This document shows positions 28,244-38,314 of a stretch of DNA of 64,000 nt, piece after piece. Numbering within the stretch: the stretch's first letter is position 1; every line of letters begins with the position of its first letter. Below the pieces are notes generated by a model that saw only the letters and a list, made by a program, of their open reading frames with translations, made no database searches and was not told the origin of the DNA. The DNA is taken from contig JAZDHS010000022.1 in NCBI GenBank assembly GCA_043805735.1, positions 38,950 through 102,949 of the forward strand, given 5' to 3'. The DNA is from Candidatus Omnitrophota bacterium (GTDB lineage Bacteria; Omnitrophota; Gorgyraeia; JAFGHF01). The position numbers were made by a program, and so were the translations under genes.

Positions 28244-29190
28244 AAGTGGGTGAATCCTTTAGGCGTTAGACCCCTCCTTAAAAGGAATGAGGAGGGTCTA
28301 CCCTTTAGGGTTAACGTTATCTGACGCGCCTTTTTGTCAATTAAGGTCAGGCCTTCTTTTCGGGTGACAATCTTACCGACGCAGGTACAAAAATCCGGTA
28401 AGGCTCTTTTGGCATAGAGTGCGCGCACCCGCTCCAGCGGTAAGGTAAAGAGCAGTTCAAAGTCTTCTCCGTCGTAGAGTGCCCCTCTTGCAGTAGCCCC
28501 AGGTGCAAGCGGAAGAAGCTCTTCAAAAAGCACTGCCCCGACCCGGCTTTGCTCGCTGATGCGCCTCAGATCCGAGGCCAGTCCGTCAGAAAGGTCAATC
28601 ATTGACGATGGCTTGTACTGTTTAACCAGGTAACGCGCCTCTTTAAGGCGGGGAATAAAATTATATTGTTTCAAGCGCCGGGTATTACCCAGAGTTCCGC
28701 TGACAAAAATCAGGTCATTGACCTTGGCTCCGGAGCGTAAAACTAGTTCGTTCTTCTTAACCTTACCCAAAAGAGCAATATTAATCACGATAACCGGTGA
28801 GCGCACGGTATCGCCGCCGACAATATTGACACCAAATTCCTTGGCCAAGGTCGATATTCCCCGGATCATCTCATCAGCGGCCGACAGGGGAAGCGCCGCC
28901 GGTAAACCACAAGAAACTACGGCATAGGTAGGGATACCACCCATGGCCGCGATATCGCTGATATTTACCGCCAGGCTCTTTCTGCCGATTTGATAAAAAC
29001 TAGCCTCCCGGCGGGTAAAATGCACTCCCTCGACCAGCATATCGGTGGTAAAGAGCAAATAAGAGTCCCCGGAATCAGAAATGACCGCCGCGTCATCGCC
29101 AATGCCGCGGATAACTGTTTTATCCGTAGTTAGCTGTTTGGCAATACGTTCAATCAGGCCAAATTCACCGATCTGTTTCAAAGTCTTCAT
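28240..29190 (-). CDS. thiL: Thiamine-monophosphate kinase with a 15-aa insertion near the C-terminus
   Basis: GEFGLI, GIGDDAA, NISDIAAMG, IDLSDGL and GEDFEL motifs; terminal GFTHF. Confidence 0.95.
   Translation of the reverse strand: MKTLKQIGEFGLIERIAKQLTTDKTVIRGIGDDAAVISDSGDSYLLFTTDMLVEGVHFTRREASFYQIGRKSLAVNISDIAAMGGIPTYAVVSCGLPAALPLSAADEMIRGISTLAKEFGVNIVGGDTVRSPVIVINIALLGKVKKNELVLRSGAKVNDLIFVSGTLGNTRRLKQYNFIPRLKEARYLVKQYKPSSMIDLSDGLASDLRRISEQSRVGAVLFEELLPLAPGATARGALYDGEDFELLFTLPLERVRALYAKRALPDFCTCVGKIVTRKEGLTLIDKKARQITLTLKGRPSSFLLRRGLTPKGFTHF
28266..28313 (-). mobile_element. Family B palindromic element, in frame inside thiL (45-bp unit)
   Basis: TAACCCTAAAGGGTAG ACCCTCCT CATTCCTTTTA AGGAGGGGT CTAA; homologous to 47122-47208 and 53424-53472. 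Confidence 0.8.
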
Positions 29191-30224
29191 TTTTTACCGT
29201 GCAGCTTTCTTAAAGCCGTGGCATACGGCGCGCGCATAATCCCCTTTTCGGTAATAATAGCGGAAATTAAATGCTGCGGGGTGACATCGAATGCCGGATT
29301 ATAAACCTTTACCTGTTTGGGAGCTACGGGCTTGCCGTAAACCTGACGGACCTCTTGGGGGTCTCTTTGCTCAATCGGTATATCTTTACCGGATTTAAGG
29401 CGCAGATCCAAACTTGACGATGGCGCGACTACGTAAAACGGGACACGATGATACTTCGCCAGTACCGCCAGGTTATAGGTCCCGATTTTATTCGCGGTAT
29501 CACCGTTGGCGGCAATCCGGTCGGCGCCGACAAAAATCTTATCAATCTTTTTCTTCTGCATTAAGTCCGCGGCCATATTGTCGCAAATCAGGGTCACGTC
29601 AACATGATGTTGCAGCAGTTCCCAGGTGGTGAGGCGCGCGCCTTGTAGCAACGGGCGGGTTTCATCGGCAAACACCTGAACCGGCTTTTTTTGTTGGCGG
29701 GCGGCATAGATTACGCCAAGTGCCGTGCCATAGTCCGCGGTAGCCAGGGCCCCGGCATTGCAATGTGTCAGGATCACATCATTTTTCCGAATCAGCTTAC
29801 TGCCGAACTCAGCCATTTTTCGGCACATTGCTTTATCTTCGGCTAAAATCGCCAACGCTTCTTTGAGTAGCAGTTGTTTTAAAAAACGGATTCGGGAATG
29901 GGGATGGGTTTTTACTTTGTTTTCCAGCCGCTCTAACGCCCAGCTAAGATTGACTGCCGTGGGCCGTGATGTTTTCAAATAGTGAATCACCGCGCGCAGG
30001 CGACGGTAAAATTGGGTAAAGGTGTTCGCCCGGCAATCACGCATCCCCAAATAGACGCCTAATCCCGCGGCAATCCCGATCGCCGGCGCCCCGCGCACTT
30101 TGAGCTTTTTAATCGCCCACCATAAGCCTCGCAAGTCGACAAGGTCGAGATAAACCAGCTGGGCCGGTAATTTGGTCTGGTCAATAATGCGTATTGCGTT
30201 GTTACGCCACTGGACCGTTTTCAT
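29187..30224 (-). CDS. mtnA: S-methyl-5-thioribose-1-phosphate isomerase
   Basis: VRGAPAIG, RPTAVNL, THCNAG, ETRPLLQG and NKIGTY motifs. Confidence 0.95.
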   Translation of the reverse strand: MKTVQWRNNAIRIIDQTKLPAQLVYLDLVDLRGLWWAIKKLKVRGAPAIGIAAGLGVYLGMRDCRANTFTQFYRRLRAVIHYLKTSRPTAVNLSWALERLENKVKTHPHSRIRFLKQLLLKEALAILAEDKAMCRKMAEFGSKLIRKNDVILTHCNAGALATADYGTALGVIYAARQQKKPVQVFADETRPLLQGARLTTWELLQHHVDVTLICDNMAADLMQKKKIDKIFVGADRIAANGDTANKIGTYNLAVLAKYHRVPFYVVAPSSSLDLRLKSGKDIPIEQRDPQEVRQVYGKPVAPKQVKVYNPAFDVTPQHLISAIITEKGIMRAPYATALRKLHGKK

Positions 30225-30231
30225 CGTTTTC

Positions 30232-31338
30232 TCATTGCGCTAACTGCGTCAGGTATCGGCCAAAAAACAGCATCCCGATCATCAGTGAATTATGAACAAT
30301 ATGAATCGTAATCGAGCTCACTAAAGAGCCGGTAATTTCGTAGGCGTAAGCCAATAATAGCCCTAAGGCCATAATCGGCACAAACCCGAGAAGATTGGCG
30401 TGCAGCCCGGCAAAGACCGTGGCGGTCAACACCGCGGCCAACGGTGCCCCCCAGCGCCTTTTGAGGGCATTATAAGCAAAACCGCGGAAAAATACCTCTT
30501 CGACTACCGGCCCAACCAGTACGGCTAAAACCGCCCCGGTAATAATTAACCAGGTCCTTTTCTCCCGAAAAAATAATTTATACAACACTTGATGCGGAGA
30601 ATTATAATCGGATGCTTGGGCAAACCAGACGAGCGCCAGCAGCAAAAAAAACAGCACCGGCAGAAAAGCGATATAACCTAAGAGCGCCGTATAGATGTTT
30701 TTAGCGCAGCTCTTCATTTTTAAGCCCAGCGCCGAGAGGCCCTGCCGATATTTAATCTTTACAAAATAAACCAGCACCGCTAAAAAAAGAAGATCCATTA
30801 CCCCGGTTTTAATTAACGGGCTATAGCGTTGTATTTCTTTATCGCTGAATAAATAAGGGGCAAGCTGCGCATCGACAATATTCAAAATATAGGCCACCGA
30901 GATAAAGATAATCACCAGGCGAAAAACATCCGGCAGTTCCCAGCGAACCGGCTCGTGTTCAGGGGCCTGAGTAAAAATCCAGCGCCTTCTGATCCTGGCC
31001 ATAACCAGGCGAATGTCCAGAAAAAGGCCAAGCACAAAAAAATAGGTCGCCACCGCTGCCAAAACGTAAAGATATTTTGTCGCCGGGCCTTTTTTGCTTA
31101 AAAGTTCATTAATTAACTGCTGGTCCTGGGACCAGGTATCATCGTCCTGATCCAGCTTGGCGCTGCCGGCATCGCCAGCTAAGGACCCTTGCTTAGCGGC
31201 CGAAGCCTTCTTCAGTTGGGTCATTCCTCCGGCAAAAATAAGCCCGGCATTAACCAATAAAATAAAAGAGAGCATCCACACATATAGGCGCTCTCTATTG
31301 AGTAATTTCCGAACTTCGGCAACACTGGCTAAACGCAT
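30232..31338 (-). CDS. CPBP/Abi family intramembrane metalloprotease
   Basis: EEVFFRG, FAGLH and HIVHN motifs; multiple TM segments. Confidence 0.9.
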   Translation of the reverse strand: MRLASVAEVRKLLNRERLYVWMLSFILLVNAGLIFAGGMTQLKKASAAKQGSLAGDAGSAKLDQDDDTWSQDQQLINELLSKKGPATKYLYVLAAVATYFFVLGLFLDIRLVMARIRRRWIFTQAPEHEPVRWELPDVFRLVIIFISVAYILNIVDAQLAPYLFSDKEIQRYSPLIKTGVMDLLFLAVLVYFVKIKYRQGLSALGLKMKSCAKNIYTALLGYIAFLPVLFFLLLALVWFAQASDYNSPHQVLYKLFFREKRTWLIITGAVLAVLVGPVVEEVFFRGFAYNALKRRWGAPLAAVLTATVFAGLHANLLGFVPIMALGLLLAYAYEITGSLVSSITIHIVHNSLMIGMLFFGRYLTQLAQ

Positions 31339-31341
31339 GCC

Positions 31342-32874
31342 TTACTCCACCCGCGGAAAAAGGGGCTTGTCTTTATTTACTTTCGTGGCTGCGGCCAAAC
31401 CTTCCCATTGGAGTAATACGTCAAAAGAACTTTTTGCCCAGTCCACCCCTACCCCCAGTTGTGTGAGCATCTTTTCGGCAGAAGTAGGCATAAATGGATA
31501 GACACTCACCGCGACTATCCGCACTACTTCCAGCACATTGTAAATTACCCCGCCCAGTCGCGCCAAATCCTTCTTTTTGGCGATTTCCCAGGGCTTAGCA
31601 TCTTCAATATACTTGTTGGCCTTATTAATTAAGGACCAAACCGCATCTAGGCCTAAGCCAAATTCCAACTTATCCATCGCCCGGTAATAGGCGTTGGGGA
31701 GTTCCTTGGCCTGGGTAATTAAGTCCTGATCAAAGGGCGCGGTTTGGCGCTCGGCCGGCACTACCCCTTGAAAATACTTTTCCAGCATCGTCAGAGAACG
31801 ATGCAGCAGGTTTCCTAAATCATTGGCTAAATCGCTATTGAGCCGGCCGACCAAGGCCTTTTCACTATAGCTTCCATCAAGCCCAAAAGGAACTTCGCGC
31901 AGGAGAAAATAACGCAATACATCCACGCCGTAAGCGGAAATAACCGCCTCGGGGTCAACAATATTGCCTCGTGATTTCGAGATCTTGACGTCTTCAATCT
32001 TCCACCAGCCATGGGCAAAGACCTCACGCGGCGGCTCAAGATCAAGGGCATGGAGCATAATCGGCCAGTATACCGCATGCTGTCTTAAAATATCCTTCCC
32101 GATTACCTGCAGGTCCGCCGGCCAAAGCGCATTAAATCGTTGTTGGTCGCTATAAAATCCGACGGCGCTAATATAATTAATCAGGGCATCAAACCAGACA
32201 TAGGTAACATGCTCGCGGCTAAACGGCAGCGGTATTCCCCAGTTCAGCCGTGATTTCGGCCGGGAGACGCAGAGATCAGCCAGCGGGTTGGTCAGAAAAC
32301 TGATCACCTCTTGTCTTGCCGAACGCGGTAAAATAAAATCGGGGTGAGTATTGATGTAGTCGATCAGCCACTGCTGATATTTCGACATTTTAAAAAAATA
32401 ATTTTCTTCGCAAATCCTTTCTACCGGCCGCAAACAATCCGGGCAGCGCTTATCTTTAAGCTGGCCATCGGTCCAGAAGGTTTCGCAAGGCGTGCAATAC
32501 CATCCTGCGTATTTTCCTAAATAGAGATCTTCTTTCTGCAGTAAAACTTCCAGCACCTTGCCTACGGCATCAGTGTGCCTTATTTCCGTCGTGCGGATAA
32601 AATCGTCATAGGAAACAGCCAGGGTTTGCCAGAGATGGGCAAAACGCGGCACAATCTGGTCGGTAAAGGCCTGCGCTGTCATCTTGGCTTCTTCGGCCAC
32701 CTGGGCTACCTTCTGCCCATGCTCATCGGTACCGGTAAGAAAAAAAACCGCGTAGCCCTTAAGCCGCTTATAACGGGCAATACAGTCACAGGCAATATTA
32801 GTGTAGGAATGCCCAATATGCGGCCGGGCATTGACATAATAAAGTGGCGTAGTAAGGTAAAATTTTTCTTTCAT
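31342..32874 (-). CDS. metG: Methionine--tRNA ligase (short form, no C-terminal tRNA-binding domain)
   Basis: PHIGH, GTDEHG, YVWFDAL and KISKS motifs; ends in LFPRVE. Confidence 0.96.
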   Translation of the reverse strand: MKEKFYLTTPLYYVNARPHIGHSYTNIACDCIARYKRLKGYAVFFLTGTDEHGQKVAQVAEEAKMTAQAFTDQIVPRFAHLWQTLAVSYDDFIRTTEIRHTDAVGKVLEVLLQKEDLYLGKYAGWYCTPCETFWTDGQLKDKRCPDCLRPVERICEENYFFKMSKYQQWLIDYINTHPDFILPRSARQEVISFLTNPLADLCVSRPKSRLNWGIPLPFSREHVTYVWFDALINYISAVGFYSDQQRFNALWPADLQVIGKDILRQHAVYWPIMLHALDLEPPREVFAHGWWKIEDVKISKSRGNIVDPEAVISAYGVDVLRYFLLREVPFGLDGSYSEKALVGRLNSDLANDLGNLLHRSLTMLEKYFQGVVPAERQTAPFDQDLITQAKELPNAYYRAMDKLEFGLGLDAVWSLINKANKYIEDAKPWEIAKKKDLARLGGVIYNVLEVVRIVAVSVYPFMPTSAEKMLTQLGVGVDWAKSSFDVLLQWEGLAAATKVNKDKPLFPRVE

Positions 32875-33749
32875 TTGAACGGAAAGGGAATTTCGATTTG
32901 CCGCGCGTCTTCGCCGAGTTCTACAAGCACGGTCCGTTTAAGCGGGTTAGTGCCAAGCACACGCGCCTTGCCTTCTTTAATCTGGATAGTTTCTCCCACC
33001 TTAGGCATATCCTTTAATAATTCCTTATATACTTTATATTCATACCCCAGGCAACACATCAATCTTCCGCAAAGGCCGGAAATTTTGGAAGGGTTAAGGG
33101 GCAGATTTTGCTCTTTGGCCATGCGCACGGTCACCGGCTCAAAATCCTTTAAGAAACTTTTACAGCAGAGGACGCGCCCGCAGGGGCCGAATCCACCGAA
33201 CATCTTCGCCTCATCGCGCACGCCAATTTGGCGCAGCTCGATCCGGGCCTTAAAATGGCGGGCCAGGTCTTTAACCAGCTCGCGGAAATCCACCCGCCCT
33301 TCGGCAATAAAATAAAAAATAAATTTAGTGCGGTCAAAGGTATATTCGGCGCTGACCAGTTTCATCGACAAATTGTGTTCGGCAATCTTCTTTTCGCAGA
33401 TGTTTAAAGCGTCTTTGGTCTCCTTCTTATTCTCTTCGATTTGGGCCAGGTCTTCCTTGGTCGCCACCCGCATCACTTTACGCAGCGGCGCCTCGATTTC
33501 CGATTCCGAAACCATCTCCGGCTCGGCAATAACCTGGCCGTATTCCCGCCCACGTTCGGCTTCAATAATAACACAATCGCCAATTTTGGCTTTTTTTCTA
33601 TATGAATAATCCGTGGAATCGCTTAAGGGGCTTTTCTCCACCACTGCCTCAGGCGGTTTTACTGCCTGTGGGGCGCTCAGGTCTTTAGTGCTAAAATAGG
33701 CGACCTTGTCGCCCTCTCTAATTCTGACTAAAACTACTTCGTACTGCAT
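32871..33749 (-). CDS. PSP1-domain protein (YaaT/RicT family)
   Basis: RVDFRELVKDL, RIELRQIGVRDE, CGRVLCC and SGLCGRLMCCL motifs. Confidence 0.92.
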   Translation of the reverse strand: MQYEVVLVRIREGDKVAYFSTKDLSAPQAVKPPEAVVEKSPLSDSTDYSYRKKAKIGDCVIIEAERGREYGQVIAEPEMVSESEIEAPLRKVMRVATKEDLAQIEENKKETKDALNICEKKIAEHNLSMKLVSAEYTFDRTKFIFYFIAEGRVDFRELVKDLARHFKARIELRQIGVRDEAKMFGGFGPCGRVLCCKSFLKDFEPVTVRMAKEQNLPLNPSKISGLCGRLMCCLGYEYKVYKELLKDMPKVGETIQIKEGKARVLGTNPLKRTVLVELGEDARQIEIPFPFK

Positions 33750-34732
33750 TGCGCCAACTCCTCACGCATAACTTCCAACGCCACTTTGACATTGACGTTG
33801 CGTTCAATCAGCCGGTGGGTGCGCAGGATCCGCTCGATACTTGATTCCAACTCGGCAAACGAATATGTCTTAGCTAAAGCCTGTATCTCATCCAGGCGAT
33901 CGCTGTTAACCAGGTATTGCTCCCTAAGTCCGGTTTTAGAGAGTAAAATATCCCGGAACCAGTTGACCAGATAGCCTAATTGAGTCTCCAGCTTTTGCTT
34001 GTCTTTACTCGCAAAGATATCCTGGGCATTGCCTCCCGACGAACCAGCGCTCACCCGGTCAATAAGCAGGTTTTTCTGTCTGAAGGCATCCTCTTCGTTA
34101 AGTAAAAGCGCCTGGCCAATTCTTCCCTGGGCATACGCGCTTAAAAATTTCGCCCTTTGCGGCTGAATAGTATACTCAGTAAGCAAAATCTGCAGCAGGC
34201 GCTCCAGGCTTAGGGGGTAAAACTTAATTATTTGGCAGCGGGAAATAATCGTCGGCAAAAGGCCATCGCTGTCGCTTGAGGTTAACAATATTTGACTCCC
34301 CGCCGGAGGCTCTTCCAGGACTTTAAGCAGGCTATTAGCCGCCTCTTCGGTCAAATCCTCGGCCCGCGCAATCACAAACACTTTATACCGGCCTTCGTAG
34401 GGCTTAAGCGAGGCCTCTTTTTGTACCAGGCGAATGTCGTCGATAGAAATAGTCTGCGCCCTTCCTTGAGGCTCGATCCAGTGCACGTCGGGATGGCTAC
34501 GCGCCTCAATCTTGCGGCAAGAGGCGCACTGGTCACAACAATCCAACACCCGGCCATTTTCCTGGAGCGGATTTTCGCAATTAAGAAATTTCGCCAGGTT
34601 TAAGGCGAATAATCTTTTGCCGACGCCTTGCGGCCCGCAAAAAAGGTAGGCATGCGCTAGTTTATTCTCACCGAAGCAGTTGCGCAAAAACGCAATCGCC
34701 GCCTCCTGTCCTTTGATATCCGCAAAAGCCAT
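33734..34732 (-). CDS. holB: DNA polymerase III delta prime subunit
   Basis: HAYLFCGPQGVGK, CxxC, HPD, AANSLLKVLEEPP and TIISRC motifs. Confidence 0.94.
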   Translation of the reverse strand: MAFADIKGQEAAIAFLRNCFGENKLAHAYLFCGPQGVGKRLFALNLAKFLNCENPLQENGRVLDCCDQCASCRKIEARSHPDVHWIEPQGRAQTISIDDIRLVQKEASLKPYEGRYKVFVIARAEDLTEEAANSLLKVLEEPPAGSQILLTSSDSDGLLPTIISRCQIIKFYPLSLERLLQILLTEYTIQPQRAKFLSAYAQGRIGQALLLNEEDAFRQKNLLIDRVSAGSSGGNAQDIFASKDKQKLETQLGYLVNWFRDILLSKTGLREQYLVNSDRLDEIQALAKTYSFAELESSIERILRTHRLIERNVNVKVALEVMREELAQCSTK

Positions 34733-34749
34733 AACCCACCAGTTATATT

Positions 34750-35379
34750 TTACTTAAGTTTTGCCAGGACTAATTTTCTGACCGCCCTTTGAGTCTGATC
34801 AATTTCTTCGGCTACCGTAACTACTTTGATCCGGCCAGGATAAACAGCTGCTAAGTCCAAATAACCACGCAAGACCTTGCGGTGAAAATTTAACGGTTTT
34901 CTCTCCATCCGGTCATACCTTTTTGCCCGGCGCAAGCCCTCCCGGGCGTCGAGCTTTAAGAGTATGGTCAAATCCGGCTCAATCCCGTAGGTAGCTACTT
35001 TGCCAATGCGTTTAATGAAGGAAATATCTATTCCCGCCCCGTAGCCCTGATAACAGATTGTCGCGTCCAAAAAACGGTCCATAATCACGATTTGCTTTTT
35101 GGCGAGCGCCGGGATGACCTTTTCCTGCACCAGCTGGGCGCGCGCGCCCTGATAGAGAAATGTTTCACATTCGGCGTTCATCTCTTTGTTGCGCGGATCA
35201 AGCAAAATCTGACGGATTTTTTCGCTGATGCGCGTGCCGCCCGGTTCTCTTAATTGTAAAACAGAAAAACCTAAAGAACTTAAAAAATCAGCCAACAAAC
35301 GCGCCTGCGTACTCTTACCGCTGCCCTCCGGGCCCTCGAACGTAATCAGCATTCCACGGCCTAAATTTTTCTTCGCCAT
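34750..35379 (-). CDS. tmk: Thymidylate kinase
   Basis: TFEGPEGSGKST, REPGG and DRF..YQG motifs. Confidence 0.95.
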   Translation of the reverse strand: MAKKNLGRGMLITFEGPEGSGKSTQARLLADFLSSLGFSVLQLREPGGTRISEKIRQILLDPRNKEMNAECETFLYQGARAQLVQEKVIPALAKKQIVIMDRFLDATICYQGYGAGIDISFIKRIGKVATYGIEPDLTILLKLDAREGLRRAKRYDRMERKPLNFHRKVLRGYLDLAAVYPGRIKVVTVAEEIDQTQRAVRKLVLAKLK

Positions 35380-36779
35380 AGCGACCCTTCTTTAGTATCT
35401 TCCAGCACTACCCCTTGCGCCTCAATCATCTTGCGGATTTCGTCAGCTCGTGTAAAATCTCGTTCTTTTCGCGCCTCTTCGCGCAAACTGATTAGCGTCT
35501 CGATCTCAGCTGTTTGCAGCCTATCTTTTTCAGGCACAGCGCTAAAGTCCAGACCGAAAATTGCGCCGCATTCTAAGAGTATCTCTTGGGCGGCTTGCAG
35601 TGTTTGTCGATCCTTTTCTGCCGATGAAGCTAAAAGCTTATTCGCAAAACTAACCAGCTCAAATAAGGCCGCCAGCGCTTCCGGGGTATTAAAATCATCG
35701 TCCATGGCCTTAAGAAACTGCTTCTTGAACGCCAAGGCCTTGGCCGATTCCGGCTTTTTGCTTAGCTTTTCCTGCTCTAACTTTTTCCCGGCCCCAGAGT
35801 AAAAAATCGCAAATCGCTTATAGGCCTCTTTGGCCTGTTGAATTCTCTCGGCGTTAAAATCAACGGGGCTGCGGTAGTGGGCGGACAAAAAGAAGAGCTT
35901 TAGTACCGGCGCCGGGTGCTCCTTTAAGAAGTCCTGCACCGAGACAAAGTTGCCCAGCGATTTAGCCATTTTCTGCCCGGCGATAGTGAGCAGGCCATTA
36001 TGAATCCAGATCCGCGCAAATCCCGCGCCGCTATAACAGCGGGACTGGGCAATTTCATTTTCGTGATGGGGAAAAATTAAATCGCGGCCGCCGCCGTGGA
36101 TATCAAATTCATCACCGAGGAGCGCGCTACTCATCACTGAACATTCAATATGCCAGCCGGGCCGGCCTTTACCCCAGGGGCTCATCCAGGCCGGTTCGCC
36201 AACTTTCGCCTTTTTCCAGAGCGCAAAGTCAAGCGCGTCTTTTTTCTTCTCGTCCTTTTCAATCCTGACAGCGCTACGAATCTGGTCGATGTCCTGATGG
36301 GAAAGTGCGCCGTAGGCCGCAAATTTACGCACATCAAAATAGACATCGCCCGCTTGCTCGTAAGCAAAACCTTTCTCAATCAGGCGGCGGATATACTGCT
36401 GCATCCGTTCAATATACTCGGTGGCCCGAGGGGCGTAGTTGGCCCGGCGGATCCCCAAGGCACCCATATCCTCGTAATAACTCTGGGTGTACTTTTCGGC
36501 AACCTCGGCTACGGCGCTATTAATTTCTTTTTCCGGAAGTTCCTCTTTAGCCCGGGCAATGATTTTATCGTCAACATCGGTAATATTCTTAACCAGGGTA
36601 ACGGAGTAACCCTGGTATTCAAAGTAGGAACGGATGAGTTCAAAGATATAGGCCGCGCGCGCATGGCCGATATGCGCATTATCATATACGGTCGGGCCGC
36701 AGACATAGATGCTGACTTGATTGGGCTTAAGCGGGTAAAATTCTTCTTTTTTTCCGGTAAGCGAATTGTAAATTTCCAT
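35361..36779 (-). CDS. cysS: Cysteine--tRNA ligase
   Basis: YVCGPTVY, HIGH, GRPGWHIECS and KMAKS motifs. Confidence 0.97.
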   Translation of the reverse strand: MEIYNSLTGKKEEFYPLKPNQVSIYVCGPTVYDNAHIGHARAAYIFELIRSYFEYQGYSVTLVKNITDVDDKIIARAKEELPEKEINSAVAEVAEKYTQSYYEDMGALGIRRANYAPRATEYIERMQQYIRRLIEKGFAYEQAGDVYFDVRKFAAYGALSHQDIDQIRSAVRIEKDEKKKDALDFALWKKAKVGEPAWMSPWGKGRPGWHIECSVMSSALLGDEFDIHGGGRDLIFPHHENEIAQSRCYSGAGFARIWIHNGLLTIAGQKMAKSLGNFVSVQDFLKEHPAPVLKLFFLSAHYRSPVDFNAERIQQAKEAYKRFAIFYSGAGKKLEQEKLSKKPESAKALAFKKQFLKAMDDDFNTPEALAALFELVSFANKLLASSAEKDRQTLQAAQEILLECGAIFGLDFSAVPEKDRLQTAEIETLISLREEARKERDFTRADEIRKMIEAQGVVLEDTKEGSLWRRKI

Positions 36780-37258
36780 TATTTGCCTTTACGCAATAAC
36801 GCCACGGCCTGCGCGGCGATCGCCTGGGCTTTTCCGATCTCGCCTAAGCCTTCGGCAGTCGTAGCCTTGACATTGACCCGGGCCAAAGAAATTCCCATGG
36901 CGCGGCCGATGGTTGCGCAGATTGTTTCTTTGAAAGGGGTAAGTTTTGGTCCCTCGGCAATCACCACGGCATCGATATTTTCTACCGAGAATCCACGGCG
37001 CCGGATGAGTTTAATGACCTGTTTTAATAAAAGAAGGCTGGAAATATTTTTATACCTTGGTGAGGCATCGGGGAAATGTTCTCCGATATCCCCCTCACCC
37101 GCGGCACCGAGAAGCGCATCGCAGATAGCATGCACCAGCACATCGCCGTCGGAATGGGCGAGCAGCCCTTTTTTATAGGGTAGATGCACTCCCCCTAAAA
37201 AAAGTTTCCGCCCTTTAACCAGGCGGTGAACGTCATATCCGATTCCCACTCTATACAT
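36779..37258 (-). CDS. ispF: 2-C-methyl-D-erythritol 2,4-cyclodiphosphate synthase
   Basis: GIGYDVH, HSDGDV and NVKATT motifs. Confidence 0.96.
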   Translation of the reverse strand: MYRVGIGYDVHRLVKGRKLFLGGVHLPYKKGLLAHSDGDVLVHAICDALLGAAGEGDIGEHFPDASPRYKNISSLLLLKQVIKLIRRRGFSVENIDAVVIAEGPKLTPFKETICATIGRAMGISLARVNVKATTAEGLGEIGKAQAIAAQAVALLRKGK

Positions 37259-37273
37259 TAATACGCGCCTAAG

Positions 37274-38302
37274 TTACAACTTCGGCTTGTCGGGTTGGCT
37301 TCTCGTGTTTTCCAGCTTAGTAAAAATCATGCGTCCGGCGGTGGTTTGCAAGACGCTGGTAACAGTAGTAGCGATCGTCTGACCCAGCAGGTGTTTTCCG
37401 TTTTCCACGACCACCATCGTACCATCATCGAGATAAGCAATGCCCTGATTATACTCCTTACCTTCCTTGATAACTTTCACTTCCAGCATTTCACCCGGCA
37501 GGACAATTGGTTTTAAGGCACTGGCCAACTCATTGACATTGAGCACCTTGACACCCTGTAACTCCGCCACTTTACCCAGGTTAAAGTCATTAGTAAAGAT
37601 TTTACCGTCAATCACCTTGGCTAATTTAATCAACTTTCCGTCGACTTCTGCAATATCAGGAAAATCGTCTTCGTGAATCCGCACATCGATTTGCGGATTT
37701 TTTTGGATTTTGCTTAAGATTTCCAGGCCGCGGCGGCCGCGGTTTCTTTTCAAGCTGTCCTTGGAATCGGCGATTTGCTGCAATTCCTTCAAGACAAAAC
37801 GCGGAACGATAAAGCGGCCCTCAATAAACTTAGTCTGGCTAATATCGCAAATTCTTCCGTCAATAATGACGCTAGTGTCCAGGATGATAATATCTTCTTT
37901 AATGTCCTGGCGGGAGAGGCGGATATAAGGGATAACCAGATTAAACTCATCCTTGCCGCGCATCGCAATCACCATACCCAGATAACAGAAGATTAACATT
38001 AAGATTACCCGCAGCGACGCCCGCAGTGTCTCAGTCATTGGGACCATGCTTAAGGCAAAGGAAACTAATACCGCCATAATTAATCCGAAGATTAATCCAA
38101 AGACCGCGGCGGAGAGACCCGATACCGACACCCGGCGTAGCCTGACCTCGGCGATAATGATCACCAGCGCACCGATAATCCCTACGCTTAATCCGGGTAA
38201 GCCCAAGGCCTTGCCGCTAATCGTACCGTAGGTACCGCCTAACTGATACCCGACTAAACCGCAGACGATCATAAAAAACAGGCGCATCCATAATAAAGGC
38301 AT
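37274..38302 (-). CDS. Membrane PIN/TRAM-domain protein (YacL family)
   Basis: Four TM segments, then [17 protein letters not shown] and [10 protein letters not shown] motifs. Confidence 0.92.
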   Translation of the reverse strand: MPLLWMRLFFMIVCGLVGYQLGGTYGTISGKALGLPGLSVGIIGALVIIIAEVRLRRVSVSGLSAAVFGLIFGLIMAVLVSFALSMVPMTETLRASLRVILMLIFCYLGMVIAMRGKDEFNLVIPYIRLSRQDIKEDIIILDTSVIIDGRICDISQTKFIEGRFIVPRFVLKELQQIADSKDSLKRNRGRRGLEILSKIQKNPQIDVRIHEDDFPDIAEVDGKLIKLAKVIDGKIFTNDFNLGKVAELQGVKVLNVNELASALKPIVLPGEMLEVKVIKEGKEYNQGIAYLDDGTMVVVENGKHLLGQTIATTVTSVLQTTAGRMIFTKLENTRSQPDKPKL

Positions 38303-38314
38303 AACTTACCTCCT

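Noticed and set aside
36150-37178. Long + strand ORFs (342 aa here; also 32575-33315 and 39978-40679)
   Set aside because: Antisense shadows of cysS/ispF, metG/PSP1 and metK with no recognisable motifs.
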